From: the human T2T-CHM13v2.0 reference genome, Homo sapiens
Assembly (NCBI RefSeq): GCF_009914755.1
Contig: NC_060938.1
Length of the DNA stretch: 64,000 nucleotides
Reading direction: 5' to 3' (one strand)
The notes under the pieces were generated by a model, which ran no database searches, had not been told where the DNA came from, and saw only the letters and a list, made by a program, of their open reading frames with translations. Of this stretch, positions 51,436 to 64,000 are shown piece after piece. The translations under genes were made by a program, and so were the position numbers. Position 1 is the stretch's first letter. The number at the start of each line of letters is the position of its first letter.

Positions 51436-51738
51436 CAGTACCATCCAACAGTAATACAATGCAAACCAGATTTGTAATTTCAAGTTTTATAGTAGCCACA
51501 GTTTAATAAAATTAAAGTGAAATTAATTTTAATATTATATTTTATTTAAATAACTATACCCCAAATATTTTCATTTTCACATTTAATCAATATAGAATCA
51601 TTGTTGTGATGTTATTCTCATAAAGCCTTTAAAAACATGTGTACACTTTACAATTGTAGCACATCTCAATTTGGACTAGTTCTATTTTGAGTATTCAATA
51701 ATGACATGTGGCCAATACCACTGCATTGAATAATTCAG
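51436..51738. mobile_element. MER33-like hAT-Charlie element
   Basis: CATCCAACAGTAATACAATGC...TAGTAGCCAC...GCACATCTCAATTTGGACTAG...CATGTGGC. Confidence 0.8.
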
Positions 51739-51812
51739 ATATAAAATGCAGATCCCTAAAGTCTCAGCTACAAAGCTTGGAAATTCTAAGTAGTAAAATT
51801 TAGATCCAATGC

Positions 51813-52183
51813 TGGATTAGTTTATTTTCTCACTGTTATAAAGATACTACCTAAGAATGGGTAATTCATAAAGAAAAGGGGTTTAATTGACTCACAGTTC
51901 CACTTGGCTGGGGAGGCCTCAGGAAAGTTACAGTCATGGAGGAAGCTGAAGGAGATGCAAATACCTTCTTAACAAGGTGGCAGGAGTGAGAGAAACAGAG
52001 GAAACTGCCACTTCTAAAACCATCAGATCTTGTGAGAAGTCAATCACTGTCACAAAAACAGCATGGGGGAAACCACCCCCAAGATCCAATCACCTTCCCC
52101 CAGGTCTCTCTTTGGACACATGGGGATTGCAATTTGGATTACAAATTGAGATTTGGATGGGGACACAGAGACAAACCATATCA
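51813..52183 (-). mobile_element. THE1D/MSTA-like 3' LTR
   Basis: GGTTTAATTGACTCACAGTTCCACTTGGCTGGGGAGGCCTCAGG...CAAACCATATCA. Confidence 0.92.
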
Positions 52184-53187
52184 TTCTTCCCCTGGTTCTT
52201 CCCAACTCTCATGTCCTTTTCACATTTAATAGCCAATCATGTCTCCCAACAGCCCCCTAAAGTATTAACTCATTCTTGCATCAACCCAAAAGTCCAATTC
52301 AAAAGTCTCATCTGAGACAAGTCAAGTCTCTTCCACTTATGAGCCTGTAAAATCAAAAGCAAGTTAATTACTTTCAATATACAATGAGGGTACAAGCATT
52401 GGATAAATGCTCCCATTTCAAATGTGAAATTGGCCAAAACAAAGGGGCCACAGGCCTTATGCCAGTCCAAAACCCAACAGGGCAGTCATTAAATCTTAAA
52501 ATTCCAAATTCTCCTTTGAATCCATGTCTCACATTCAGGACACACTGAAGCAAGGGGGCACCCCCACAGCCCTGGGCAGCCCTGCCCCTGTGACTCTGCA
52601 GGGTACAGCCCCTGTGGTTGCTTTCATGGGCTCGTGTTGAGTGCTTATGGCTTTCTCAAGTGCATGGTGCAAGCTGTCAGTGGATCTACATTACTGGGCT
52701 CTGGAAGATGGTGGTCTTCTTCTTACAGCTCCACTAAGCAGTGCCCCAGTGGGGACTCTGTGTAGAGGCTCCAACCCCACATTTCCTTTACACACTACCC
52801 TAGCAGAGGTTTTCCATAAGGGCTCCACCACTGCAGCAGACTTCTGCCTGAACATCAAGACATTTTCATACATCCTCCAAAATCTAGGGAGAGGTTCCCA
52901 AACTTCAACTCTTAACTCCTGTGCACCTGCAGGCACAAAGCCATGTGGAAGCTGCCAAGGCTTGGGGCTTGAACCCTCTGAAACAAGCCACAGCTTTAGC
53001 TGGAGTGGCTGAAATGCAGGGTGCTATGCCCTCGGGCTGCACAGAGCAGCGGAGCCTTGGGCTCAGCCTATGACATCATTTTTTTTTCCTAGGCCTCTGC
53101 ACTTGTGATAGGAGGGACTGTCTTAAAGAACTTTGACATGCCCTGGAGCCATTTTCCCCATTTTCTTGGCTAGTAAGATTTGGCTTC
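52184..53187 (-). mobile_element. THE1/MST internal region, 3' portion, truncated
   Basis: AAAGTCTCATCTGAGACAAG...CAAGCTGTCAGTGGATCTAC...CATGCCCTGGAGCCATTTTCCCCA; ends at an AT fold-back. Confidence 0.92.
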
Positions 53188-53784
53188 ATATATATATATA
53201 TATATAAAGCTTATATATGAAGCCATCTATATCTATGAAGAAAGCTTTTATTGGGGAAAATATTTTATTTTCCTGTGATGTTGATAAATTTACATACAAA
53301 TCTGAAAATCCTCTGAACTAAGAAAGCATCACTGACTTTGACACTGCTGGACAAAACTTATTTGACATTATATACATGGTATAGATTGTCTTCTTACTAC
53401 TAAAAATATTCAGTCATTTTACATATTTTTATATTTAATTTATTAAAAATTTTTCCCGAAACTCCATATGAAATGGCTTTTAAGTCTCCCCAAGTGACTT
53501 CTGTTGAAATAGAAGAAAACTACTTTTTTTAAATTCTTTCGATTATGGAAAGAACTCATTCAATTTCTCAGCCTCTCAACCTTGTTAATGCACATATGGT
53601 AAGTGGAATTAGAGAATTATGTGGTTTTGCAGTTTATTTATATATGAAGAATATATATGAAGGGTTTATATATATAAAGAATAAATATACACACACATTT
53701 ATGTACACACACGTGTGGATGTGTATAACAACACTAATAAGATTTTTAGATGCATATTATTTCTGAGACTATTGAATTAAATAC

Positions 53785-53960
53785 TTTATAAACACATATT
53801 ATTGCATTTAAGCCTTATACCTTCCTATGATGGAGATGATATCACTATTCATATTTCACAGAGGAAACACCTTGCTACAAAAATTATCATGCAGAGAGGA
53901 AAAGATAGAAGTTTAGTTTGAATCCCTTCATTATTATACCAAACACTTTACTTTTATCAC
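53785..53960 (-). mobile_element. MIR fragment
   Basis: ATTTAAGCCTTATACCTTCCTATGA...ATTTCACAGAGGAAAC...TTTGAATCC. Confidence 0.6.
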
Positions 53961-56602
53961 TAACAGTGAATCTTTCAGCAGAAATCTTATAAGCCAGAAG
54001 AGATTGGGGGACTAAATCCAGTATAAATAAAGGAAAGAAATTTCAATCAAGAATTTTATATTCAGCCAAACTAAACTTCATAAGCCCAGGAGAAATAAGA
54101 TCCTTTTCAGACAAACAAATGCTAAGGTAATTTATTATCAACAGACTTGCATTATGAGAAGCCCTTAAGAGACTAAACAAGAAAACAATAAGCCTATTAC
54201 CAGCCACCACAAAAACACACTTAAGTACACAGACCATTGACACTATAAAACAACTACACAACCAAGTCTGCATAACAATCAGCTAGCAACATGATACCAG
54301 AATCAAATCCACACATATCAATATTAACCTTGAATGTAAATGGACTAAACACTACAAATAAAAGTCACAGAGTGGCAAGGTGGATACAGAAACAACACCC
54401 AACTATATGCTGTCTTGAAGAGACCAATCTAATGTGTAATGACACCCATAGACTCAAAATAAAGGAATGGAGAATAACCTGTCAACCACACAGAAAACAA
54501 ACTATAGCAGGTGTTGCTGTTCTAATTTAAGATGAAACAGACTTTAAATCAACAACAGTCAAAGAAGACAAAGATGGGCATTACATAAGGGTTCAATGCA
54601 AGAAGACTTAACTATCCTAAATATATATGCACTGAACATTGGAGCATCCAGATTCATAAAACAAATTCTTCAAGACCTAAGAAGAGACTTAGATAACCAC
54701 GCAATAACAGTGAGACACTTCAGCACCCCACTGACATTATTGGACAGATAATCGAGGAAGAAAACAATGACATTTAGGACTTGGGAACATTCAGGAATTT
54801 GACACTTGAACAAATGGACCTAACGGACATCTAGAGAACACTCCACCCTACTGCAACACAATATACATTCTTCTTATCTGCATATGGCAAATACTCTAAA
54901 ATTGACCAGATGATCAGGAATAAAGCTATTCCCAACAAATTCAAAAAAATGAAATTATACAAACCACTCTCTTAGACTACATACAATGAAAGTAGAAATC
55001 AATACTAAGAAGGTCTCTCAAAACCATATGATTACATGATGATTAAAAAAACTGCTTCTGAAGGACTTTTGGGTAAGCAATAAAATCAAGGCAGAAATCA
55101 AGAAATTATTTGAAGTGAATTAAAGCAAAGATATAACATAACCAGAATCTTTGGGACACAGTGAAATCATTGTTGAAAGTTTATAGTGCTAAACAACCAC
55201 ATCAAAAAGAAAGATCTGAAATTAACAAGGTAGCATCACACCTAGAGGTACTAGAAAAAAAAGAGCAAACTGACTGAAAAGCTAGTAGAAGAAAAGATAT
55301 AACCAATATAAGAGTTGAACTGCTTGAAATGGAGACATGAAAAATCATACAAAATATCAATGAAACCCAAAGCTGTTTCTTGAAAAGAATATATAAGATT
55401 GATAGAGCACTACCTAGATTAACAGAAAAGAGAAGGAATCCAAATAATAATAATCAGAAATGACAAAGGGAACATTACCACTGATCCCACAGGAAAAAAA
55501 AAACCCTCAGAGACTACTGTAAACATTTCTATTCACACAAATGAAAAAAATTTTCAAGAAATAGACAAATTCCTGAAAATGTTCAACTTGCCAAGACTGA
55601 ACCATGAAGAAATTGAATTCATGAATAGATCAATAATGAGATTCAAAATTGAATTAGTTAAAAGAAACCTACTTATAAAAAATAGCCCTGGAGCAGATGG
55701 ATTCACAGCTGAATTCTACCAGGTGTACAAAGAAGAGTTAGTACTAATCTTCCTGAAATTATTCCCAAAAATTGAGGAAGAGGGACTCCTCCCTAACTCA
55801 TTCTAGGAAGCCAGCATTACTCTGATATCAAGCCTGGAAGAGACATAACAAAAATAAAAAATAAAATTTCAGGTGGATAAAGAAACAAGACCCAACTTAT
55901 ACTGTCTTCAAGAGACCAGTCTAACAATATTGATGATAAACATAGGTGCAAAAATTCTCACAAAATACAAGCAAATCAAATTTATCAGCAGATCAGAAAC
56001 TAATCCACTATAATCACATAAGGTTTATTCCTGAGATGCAAGGTTGGCTCAACATATGATAATCAATAAATGTGATTTATCACATAAACAGGACTAAAAA
56101 AAATCACATGAACATCTCAATAGCTGATAAAATGTGACATCCCTTGATGTTAAAAAACTATCAACAAGTTAACATCAAACCAACATAAGTTAAATCAATA
56201 AGAGCCATCTATCTCACACCTAAAACCAACATTGTATAGAACAGGCAAAAGCTTGAAGCATTCCCCTTGAGAATTAGAATAAGACAAGGATGCTGACTCT
56301 CACAACTCCTATTCAAGTACTGGAAGGGTAGAACTTGAAGTCCCAGGCATAGCAATAAGGCAAGAGAAAGAAATTAAAGTCATCCAAATAAGAAGAGAAT
56401 AAGTCAAACTACTTGTCTTCACAGACACTATGATTTCATACCTAGGAAACCCCATAGTCTATACCCAAAATCTCCTAGGTCTAATAAATAACTTCAGCAA
56501 AGTTTTAGAATACAAAATCAATGTGCAAAAATTGGTAGCATTTCTATATACCAACAAAGTTCAAGATGAGAGCAAAATCAAGAATATTATCCTATTCACA
56601 AT

Positions 56603-56641
56603 ACACACACACCCACACACACATACACAAAAACACACACA
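56603..56641. repeat. Imperfect (CA)n inside L1 ORF2
   Basis: Directly visible. Confidence 0.85.
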
Positions 56642-57284
56642 AATACCTAGGAACACAGCTAACCAAGGAAGTGAAAGATGTCTGCAATGATAATTACAAA
56701 ACAGAAAACAGTGCAGAAATAAATCAGAGATGACACAAACAAATGGAAAAACATTTCCTGCTCATGGATGGAAATGATCTACATTATTACAATGTCCATA
56801 CTGCACAAAACAATTTAAAGATTAAATGTTATTTCTATCAAACTACCAAGGACATTTTTTATAGAGTTAGAAAAAACTATTCTAAAATGTCTTTGGAAGC
56901 TAAAAAGTATCTAAATAGCCAAAACAATTTGAAGCAAAAATAACAAAGCTGAAGGCATCACATTACTGACTATAAACTATACTACAAGGCTACAGTAACC
57001 AACACAGGACAGTCTGGTATAAAAACAGACACAGACCAATGAAACAGAATAGAGAACCCAGAAGTACAGCCACATACCTACAACCATCTGATCTGCAACA
57101 AGGTCGACAAAAACAAGCAACAGGGAAAGGACTCCCTATCCAATAAATGGTGGCAAGATAACTGGATAGCCATATGCAAAAGATTGAAACTGGACTCCTT
57201 CCTTTCACCATAGAAAAAGTCAAGCCAAGATGGATTAAAGACTTAAATGTAAAATGTAAAACTATAAAAACCCTACAAGTAAAC

Positions 57285-57668
57285 TAATATGGTTTGGATT
57301 TATGTCCCTGCCCAAATCTCATGTTGAATTGTAATCCCCAGTGTTGGAGGAGGGACCTGGTGGGAGGTCTTTGGATCATAGGGGTGGATTTTACCTTTGT
57401 GCTTATGATAGTGAGTGAGTTGTCATGAGATCTGGTTGCTTGAAAGTGTTTAACACCTGTTATTTCACTCTTTCTCCTTCTCTGGCCGTGTAAGACATGC
57501 CTGCTTCCCCTTTGCCTTCTGCCATGATTTTAAGTTTTCTGAGGCCTCCCTAGCCATGCTTCCTGTGCAGTCTGTGAAACTGTGAGTCAATTAAACCTCA
57601 TTTTTATTTAAATAAATTACCCTGTCATGGTTAGTTCTTTATAGCAATGTTGAGAATGGACTAATACA
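57285..57668 (+). mobile_element. MSTA solo LTR nested in L1
   Basis: TAATATGGTTTGG...GGACTAATACA; near-TSD TAAAC/AAAAC. Confidence 0.93.
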
Positions 57669-57788
57669 AAAACCTGGGAAATACAATTCTGGAGATTGGC
57701 CCTGGCAAAGATTTCATGATATAAGTGCCAAATGTAACTGCAGCACAAGCAAAAATTGACAAATGGAACCTAATTAAGCTAAAAGGAT

Positions 57789-58122
<334 letters not shown>

Positions 58123-59310
58123 CTATCACTTGAGTAAACAGAAAACCTACAGAATGAGAAAACATATTTTCAAACTATGTATCCAACAAAAATCTAATAT
58201 CCAGAATCTATGAAGAACTTAATCAAATCAGCAATTGAAAAAACATACATTCCTATTAAAAAATGAGCAAACGATATGAACAGACCCTTGTGCAAAGAGT
58301 AAATGCACATGGCAAAGAAACATACAAAAAAATGCTTAACATCACTGATCATTAGAGAAATGGAAATAAAAAACCATAGTGAGATACTATTTCACACCAG
58401 TCTAAATGGCTAATATTAAGAAGTCAAAAAATAATAGATGCAGGCGAGGTTGTGGGGAAAAAGAATGCTTATGCATTGCTGGTGGGAATGGAAATTAGTT
58501 AAGGCACTTTGGGAAGCAGTTTGGAGTTTCTCAAAGAACTTAAAACAGAACTACCATTTGACCAAGCAATCCCATTACCTGGTTTTCACTCAATAAATAG
58601 AAATATTTTTGCCATAAATACACGTGTATGCATATGTTCATTTCAGCACTATTCACAATAGCAAAGACATGGAATCAACCTAAATGCCCATGAATGGTGG
58701 GCTGGTTAAAGAAAATTTTGTACACATACACCATGGAATACAACGTAGCCATAAAAAATGAATGGGATCATGTCCCCTGGAGCAAAGTTGATACAGTTGT
58801 AGTACATTATCATAAGCAAATTAACAAAGAAATCAAAAACCAAATACCGCATGCTCTCACATAAGGGGAGCTAAACATTCAGTACACATGAGCACAATGA
58901 AGGGTACAATAGACACTGGAGCCTACTTGAGGGTGGAGGATGGGAGGAGAGTGAGGATTGAAAAACTACCTATCAGGTACTATGCTTATTACCTTGGTGA
59001 TGAAATAATCTGTAAACCGAACCCCCATGACCTGCTATTTATTCATATCACAAACCGGTACATGTATCCCCAAACCTAAAATGAAAGTTTAAAAATAAAA
59101 AATAGAAAATTAAAATAATAAAAAATAAAAACATCAAAATAGTTGCTTATATCTGGCAAGACTGAGACAAATGAAATCGCTAATGTTTGTCATTTTTAAG
59201 CAATACTAATGCCAATTTTTGTTAATTACTGAATATTATATGCAAATGATCCACTTCAACTTTGGATAGTGTTCATTGCTAGAAAAAGAAAAGTTAAAGG
59301 AGAAAAGTTC

Positions 59311-59566
59311 GCTGGGCATGGTGGATCACTTGAGCCCAGGAGTTTGAGACCTGCCTGGCCAACATAGTGACATCCTGTCTCTAGGAAAAATACAAAAATT
59401 AGCCAGGCATGGTGGCGCATGCCTGTAGTCCCAGCTACTCAGGAGGCTGAAGTTAATGGATTGCTTGAGCCCGGGAGGCAGGGGTTGCTGTGAGTCTAGA
59501 TTGCACCACTGCATTCCAGTCAAGGTGACAGAGTGAGAGCCTATCTCAATAAAAAAAGAAAAAGAA
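59311..59566 (+). mobile_element. AluJ with left-arm internal deletion
   Basis: GATCACTTGAGCCCAGGAG, GGATTGCTTGAGCCCGGGAGG (J-type); A tail. Confidence 0.93.
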
Positions 59567-59950
59567 AGTTTAGGGCTTTGGCTGTTTAGCTGTATTTTTA
59601 AAGATTTATTTACTTAAAAGAAAGAGATGAGGGAAAATATTCTAGTAACAGCAAATAACTTACCTAGAAATATATAGTTGGAAATACAAGTAACTATGTG
59701 AAAAAAACTAATACTTTCTAAGGGAACTAACACAAGACCTCACTAAATGAAGAGATAAACATATTGTAAGATTAAAATTTTGAAGTGCTATAAAGAGGTT
59801 AAAATTAGTTTTTATTTTGTAATAAAGGTATAACTGTTAACATTTTAATGAGAGTATTTTTATTTGAAAATTGAAAATATTTTATGTTTACTCAAAAAAG
59901 TTAATATAATAACAAATTTCATAACTTAAGGATGCTATGTTCATACTTCG

Positions 59951-60506
59951 TGTATTAGCCAGGGTTCTACAGTGAAACAAAACCAATGGGTGTGTATATA
60001 TATCTATATGAAGCCATTTATTATAAGGAATTAACTCACACAATTACGAGGCTGGCAAGTCTCAATATCTGTGGGATGAGCTGGCAAGCTAGAGACCCAG
60101 AAGAGTTGATGATGTGGCTACTGTCTGGGTCCAAAGGCCTGCGCACTAGGAAAGGCAATGGCATACTTCGAGTCTGAAGGCTGGTTGGCTTGACAGCCAG
60201 GAATGTTCACGGCTTCAGTTTCAGTCCAAAGGCAAGAAAAAAGTTAATGTTGCAGCTTGAAGGCAGTGAGGCAGGAAGAATTCTTTCTCATTTGGGGGAA
60301 GATCAGCCTTTTAGCCTATTCAGACCTTCAGCTGATTTGATGAGGCCCACTCGCATTAGGAAGGGCAACCTGCTTTATTCAGTCTATTGATTTAAATGTT
60401 AATCCAATCTAAAAATACCCCTGATGACACAGCAAGGATAATGTTTGACTAAAGGTCTAGGCACTACACATCCTATACAAGTTGACACACAAAATTAACT
60501 ATTGCA
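59951..60506 (-). mobile_element. MLT2B-like ERVL solo LTR
   Basis: TGTATTAGCCAGGGTTCT...TTATTATAAGGAATT...CAAGTTGACACACAAAATTAACTATTGCA. Confidence 0.92.
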
Positions 60507-60692
60507 CTGCAAAAATAAGTTTATAATATAAATTGTATATTACACAATATATTAAAACAGTAAAATAATTAATAGTGTTGTATTTATCTCAAAGTTGAAT
60601 GATAATTGAAAGACTAAATAAATCACAAAAATACATATTGCATACATGTCTGTGTGTATGTTCACATATAGATGTGTTTCTTTCTGTATTTA

Positions 60693-61014
60693 CAGTCATG
60701 TACCATATAACAATATTTCAAACCACATATACAACAATTGTCCCATAAGATTATAACATCATAGTTTTACTGCATCTTTTTTATGTTTATATACACAACT
60801 GCTTACTATTGTGTTACAATTGCCTACAGAATTCCATGAAATAACATACTGTATGGGTTTGTAGCTCAGAAGCAATAGGCTATACCTTATAGCCTAAGTA
60901 TGTAGCAAGCATACCATTTAGGTTTATGTAAGCACACTATTATGTTTGCACAACAAAGTCACCTAATGATTCCTTACTCAGAACATATCTCCATCATTAT
61001 GTGATGCGTGACTG
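60693..61014. mobile_element. Tigger3a/MER7-like MITE
   Basis: TA-CAGTCATG ... CGTGACTG-TA termini; AGCAATAGGCTATACC internal. Confidence 0.88.
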
Positions 61015-62818
61015 TATATAAAATGTTTGATAATTAAATATACATACCAATACATGCAAATAAAATTTTGGGAGCAGCGTACTTTAATTAAAAAAAGAAA
61101 AGTTTGAACTGGGTTGGTGTTTTTTGTTCTACCATTGATCCCTTGAAAATGGTTTGCTTATCCACTGGAAAAAGGGTCATAAAACTAGTGAAACTATTTA
61201 AGAGAGCTATTACACACTCTGAGCCCAATAAGAGCATACTCAGGGCACAAAACTGACAAAATAACAAATATTGATATATAACATCTGGCTTCAAATACTC
61301 CCCTTGCTTAACATGCAGAATATTGGAAAGCTGAGGAATTTTAGAAAGAACACCTATTATATCCATTTGTGTTCTTTTGAGAGTTATTGGGCATAGGAAG
61401 TTGGTGGATGGTTTAATAAGCAGCAAAGGCAGGCAAATGCAAGCCAAGATGAGAGAGCAAGAACATCTGGGTTATCAGTATCTCCCAGATGCATTTTATG
61501 CAGAAATGTAAAGCAAAGAATTAGTGCCCCCTATTGTTTTAACTTCTACTGACAATCTTTATTAATAAATTATTATAGAACCTGGGAATTTTTAATCTAT
61601 GCATCCGAAGAGAACCATTTATAAATTTTTAAACATAAAAAGAATAATAGTAAATAAGTCATTTATTAATATAAAATATTTTGTTGCTATTGAAGTTTTT
61701 AAGTGGAAGTTAAGATATCTAAAAGTATAATATTTAATACATGAGAAAATAAATTCTAAGACAATCTTACTGTATAATTTACCTAGTAAGTAATTACTAG
61801 ATACTTAGGTTGTCATCAATTTTCTCTATAATAAATGTAATAAATAAGTGGTGGAGTATATAGACATGCACACACACATATACTTACATGTGTATAAATA
61901 TAAAATTATTTGTATCTGTGAATTTCCTAAGTTAACTACCTGAACGTGGAACTAATGAGTAAAATTATATCACCAATTAATACATTTAAAAATTTTTCTT
62001 CATAAAAATAACACAAATTACAATGGGTTGTTAGCTGAAATGAAATTTATTTTGATTAGTTGCTATTGCCTATTACTTCTTCTGTGCTAATTATTTATTT
62101 GAGTTTTTTTCTTAATTTGGTTTTCTTATGCTTTACAAATACTCATGCCTATAAATGATTCTGAGCCTTTTTCCCCTAACTCATGTTTAATCACAGGCAA
62201 TTGAATGTACTTTAATCCCACTCAGTATTATATCTAAGAAGAAATTTTAGTATTCCTAATAAAATAAATTTATTCAAAGTTTCTTATAAAGTTTTAAATA
62301 TTATAATTATTATCTTAAAAATTTGTAATTATTATTATCTTAATTAAAAAACAGAACCAACAAAGACTTGCTCCATGCAATGTCAACAAATGTTATCTCA
62401 TTAAAAATAACCCTTGGGCATCCCAATCCTTTTTGTCATACATTCTGTAAAAACACCTGTTTCACTCAGCATTTAAAAGAGAAGGCATGAATAACAAATT
62501 GAATTAATCTCAAATGCTTTAAAATGTAATTTTAAAGATACAGCTTAACATTTTTCATGTTATAAGTGACATTCTTTCACATTCCATGAAATAGGAAAAC
62601 TAACCCCAAACACTCACAATGTTAAAATGGCTTTTAAGATTATTAATATTTGACACTTAGTGAGAATTTTTGGTTCATATACATATATAGTTTAAATTAT
62701 ATTGTGTTAATAAGTATAACAAAATAATTATAAATTTTACTATGTTTTATGTTTTATAGTAAATGTTATGATGGCACACTATTTCAAGTCTGAATAGAAA
62801 GCAAAATAAGAGTATCAT

Positions 62819-63168
62819 TAATATAGCTTAGCTGTGTCCCCACCCAAATCTCATCTTGAATTCCCACATATTGTGGGAGGGACCCAATAAGAGGTCATTG
62901 AATCATAGGGGTGGATCTCCTCTGTGCTATTCTCATTATAGTAAATAAGTCTCATGAGATCTGATGGTTTTAAAAATAAGTAGCTTTCCAGCACAAGTTC
63001 TCTTCTCTTGTCTTCTGCCATGTGAGTGAGATGTGCCTTTCACCTTCTGCCATCATTGTGAGGCCTCCGTAGCCATGTGGAACTGTAAGTCCAATAAACC
63101 TCTTACTTTTGTAAATAGCCTAGTATTGGGTATTTCTTTATGAAGCAGCATGAAAATGGACTAATACA
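62819..63168 (+). mobile_element. THE1A-like 5' LTR
   Basis: GTGTCCCCACCCAAATCTCATCTTGAATTCCCAC...CCAATAAACCTC...GGACTAATACA. Confidence 0.93.
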
Positions 63169-64000
63169 TTTAATTGGTACCAGTGGAGTGGGGCATTAGG
63201 GAAAAGATGAAAAGATATCTGAAAATGTGAAAATAACTTTGAAACTGGGTAACAAGGAGTGGTTGGAACAGTTTGGAGGGCTCAGAAGACAACAGGAAAG
63301 TGTGGGAATGGTTGGAACTCCCTAGAGACTTGTGGAATGGCTTTGACCAAAATGCTGATAATCATATGGACAATGAAATTCAGGTTGAGTTGGTCTCAGA
63401 TGGAGATAAAAGACTTGTTGGGAACTGGAGCAAAGGTGACTCTTGTTATGTTTTAGCAAAGAGACTGGCAGCATTTTGCCTCTGCCCTAGGCATTTGTGG
63501 AACTTTGAACTTGAGAGAGGTGATTTGGGGTATCTGGCAGAAGAAATTTCTAAGTAGCAAAGCATTCAAGAGGTGACTTGGTGCTATTAAAAACATTCCA
63601 TTCGATAAGTGAAGCAGAGGATAAAAGTTCAGAAAATTTGCAGCCTGACAATGCAATAAAAAAGAAAAACCCATTTTCTGAGAAGAAATTCAAGCTGGGT
63701 GCAGATATTTGAACAAGTAATGAGAAGCTGAATGTTAATCACAAAGACGACTGGGAAAATGTCTCTAGGATATGCCAGAGACCTTTGTGGCAAACCCTCC
63801 GATTACAGACCCAGAGGTGTAGGAGGAGAAAATGGTTTCATGGGCCTGCCCTAGGGTCCCCATGCTGTGTGCAGCCTAGGGACTTGGAGCCCTGCATCCC
63901 AGTTGCTCCAGCCATGGCTGAAATGGACGAAAATAGAGCTTGGGTAGTGGCTTCAGAGGGTGCAAGCCCCAAGTCTTGGCAGCTTCCACATGATGTTGAG
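63169..64000 (+). mobile_element. THE1 internal region (runs off the window), with disrupted MaLR ORF
   Basis: AATTGGTACCAG leader; ORF 63273-63557 EGSEDNRKVWE...NWSKGDSCYVLAKRLAAFC...LGYLAEEISK*. Confidence 0.93.

Noticed and set aside
50038-53187. Two MaLR halves that might be one circularly permuted provirus
   Set aside because: The LTRs differ in type (MST-like with the CACCAGCATC segment versus THE1D-like without it) and the internal parts overlap in content, so two independent truncated elements is simpler
61088-61491. 119-aa minus ORF and an 8-bp hairpin (61464-61491) in unique sequence
   Set aside because: TTG start, no recognisable homology or splice structure; an 8-bp stem is expected by chance in 64 kb
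61781-61810. Short hairpin CTAGTAA-GTAA-TTACTAG
   Set aside because: Too short and AT-rich to distinguish from chance

Overview
Eukaryotic, very AT-rich and CpG-depleted DNA from a catarrhine primate, most likely human (AluJ/S/Y copies, a HERV-W LTR17 solo LTR, THE1/MST MaLRs, L1PA/PB). It looks like a gene desert or deep intron. I find no CpG island, no supportable cellular protein-coding exon, no RNA gene and no CRISPR-type structure. Well over half of the window is recognisable transposon debris: L1 of many ages, ERV1/ERVL/MaLR LTRs (many with intact target-site duplications), Tigger/Charlie DNA transposons, MIR/L2 and simple repeats. The longer ORFs in the track are L1 ORF2, MaLR-internal, Alu or microsatellite read-throughs. 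I cannot support a new biological system here. The most notable structures are: (i) three, possibly four, independent ERV LTR insertions within about 14 bp of ancestral sequence at 40.4-42.6 kb, inside a 7-LTR cluster; (ii) an ancient ERV-L pol fossil collinear with an MLT1 LTR and leader; (iii) a twin-primed L1PB1 carrying about 245 open ORF2 codons; (iv) a TSD-bounded L1PB with both ends intact but lacking the RT core and most of ORF1; (v) several templated-repair and ultra-short retro-insertion scars; (vi) two candidate non-coding exons. Subfamily names come from my recall of consensus sequences and need RepeatMasker/Dfam confirmation. Boundaries of old elements are approximate.
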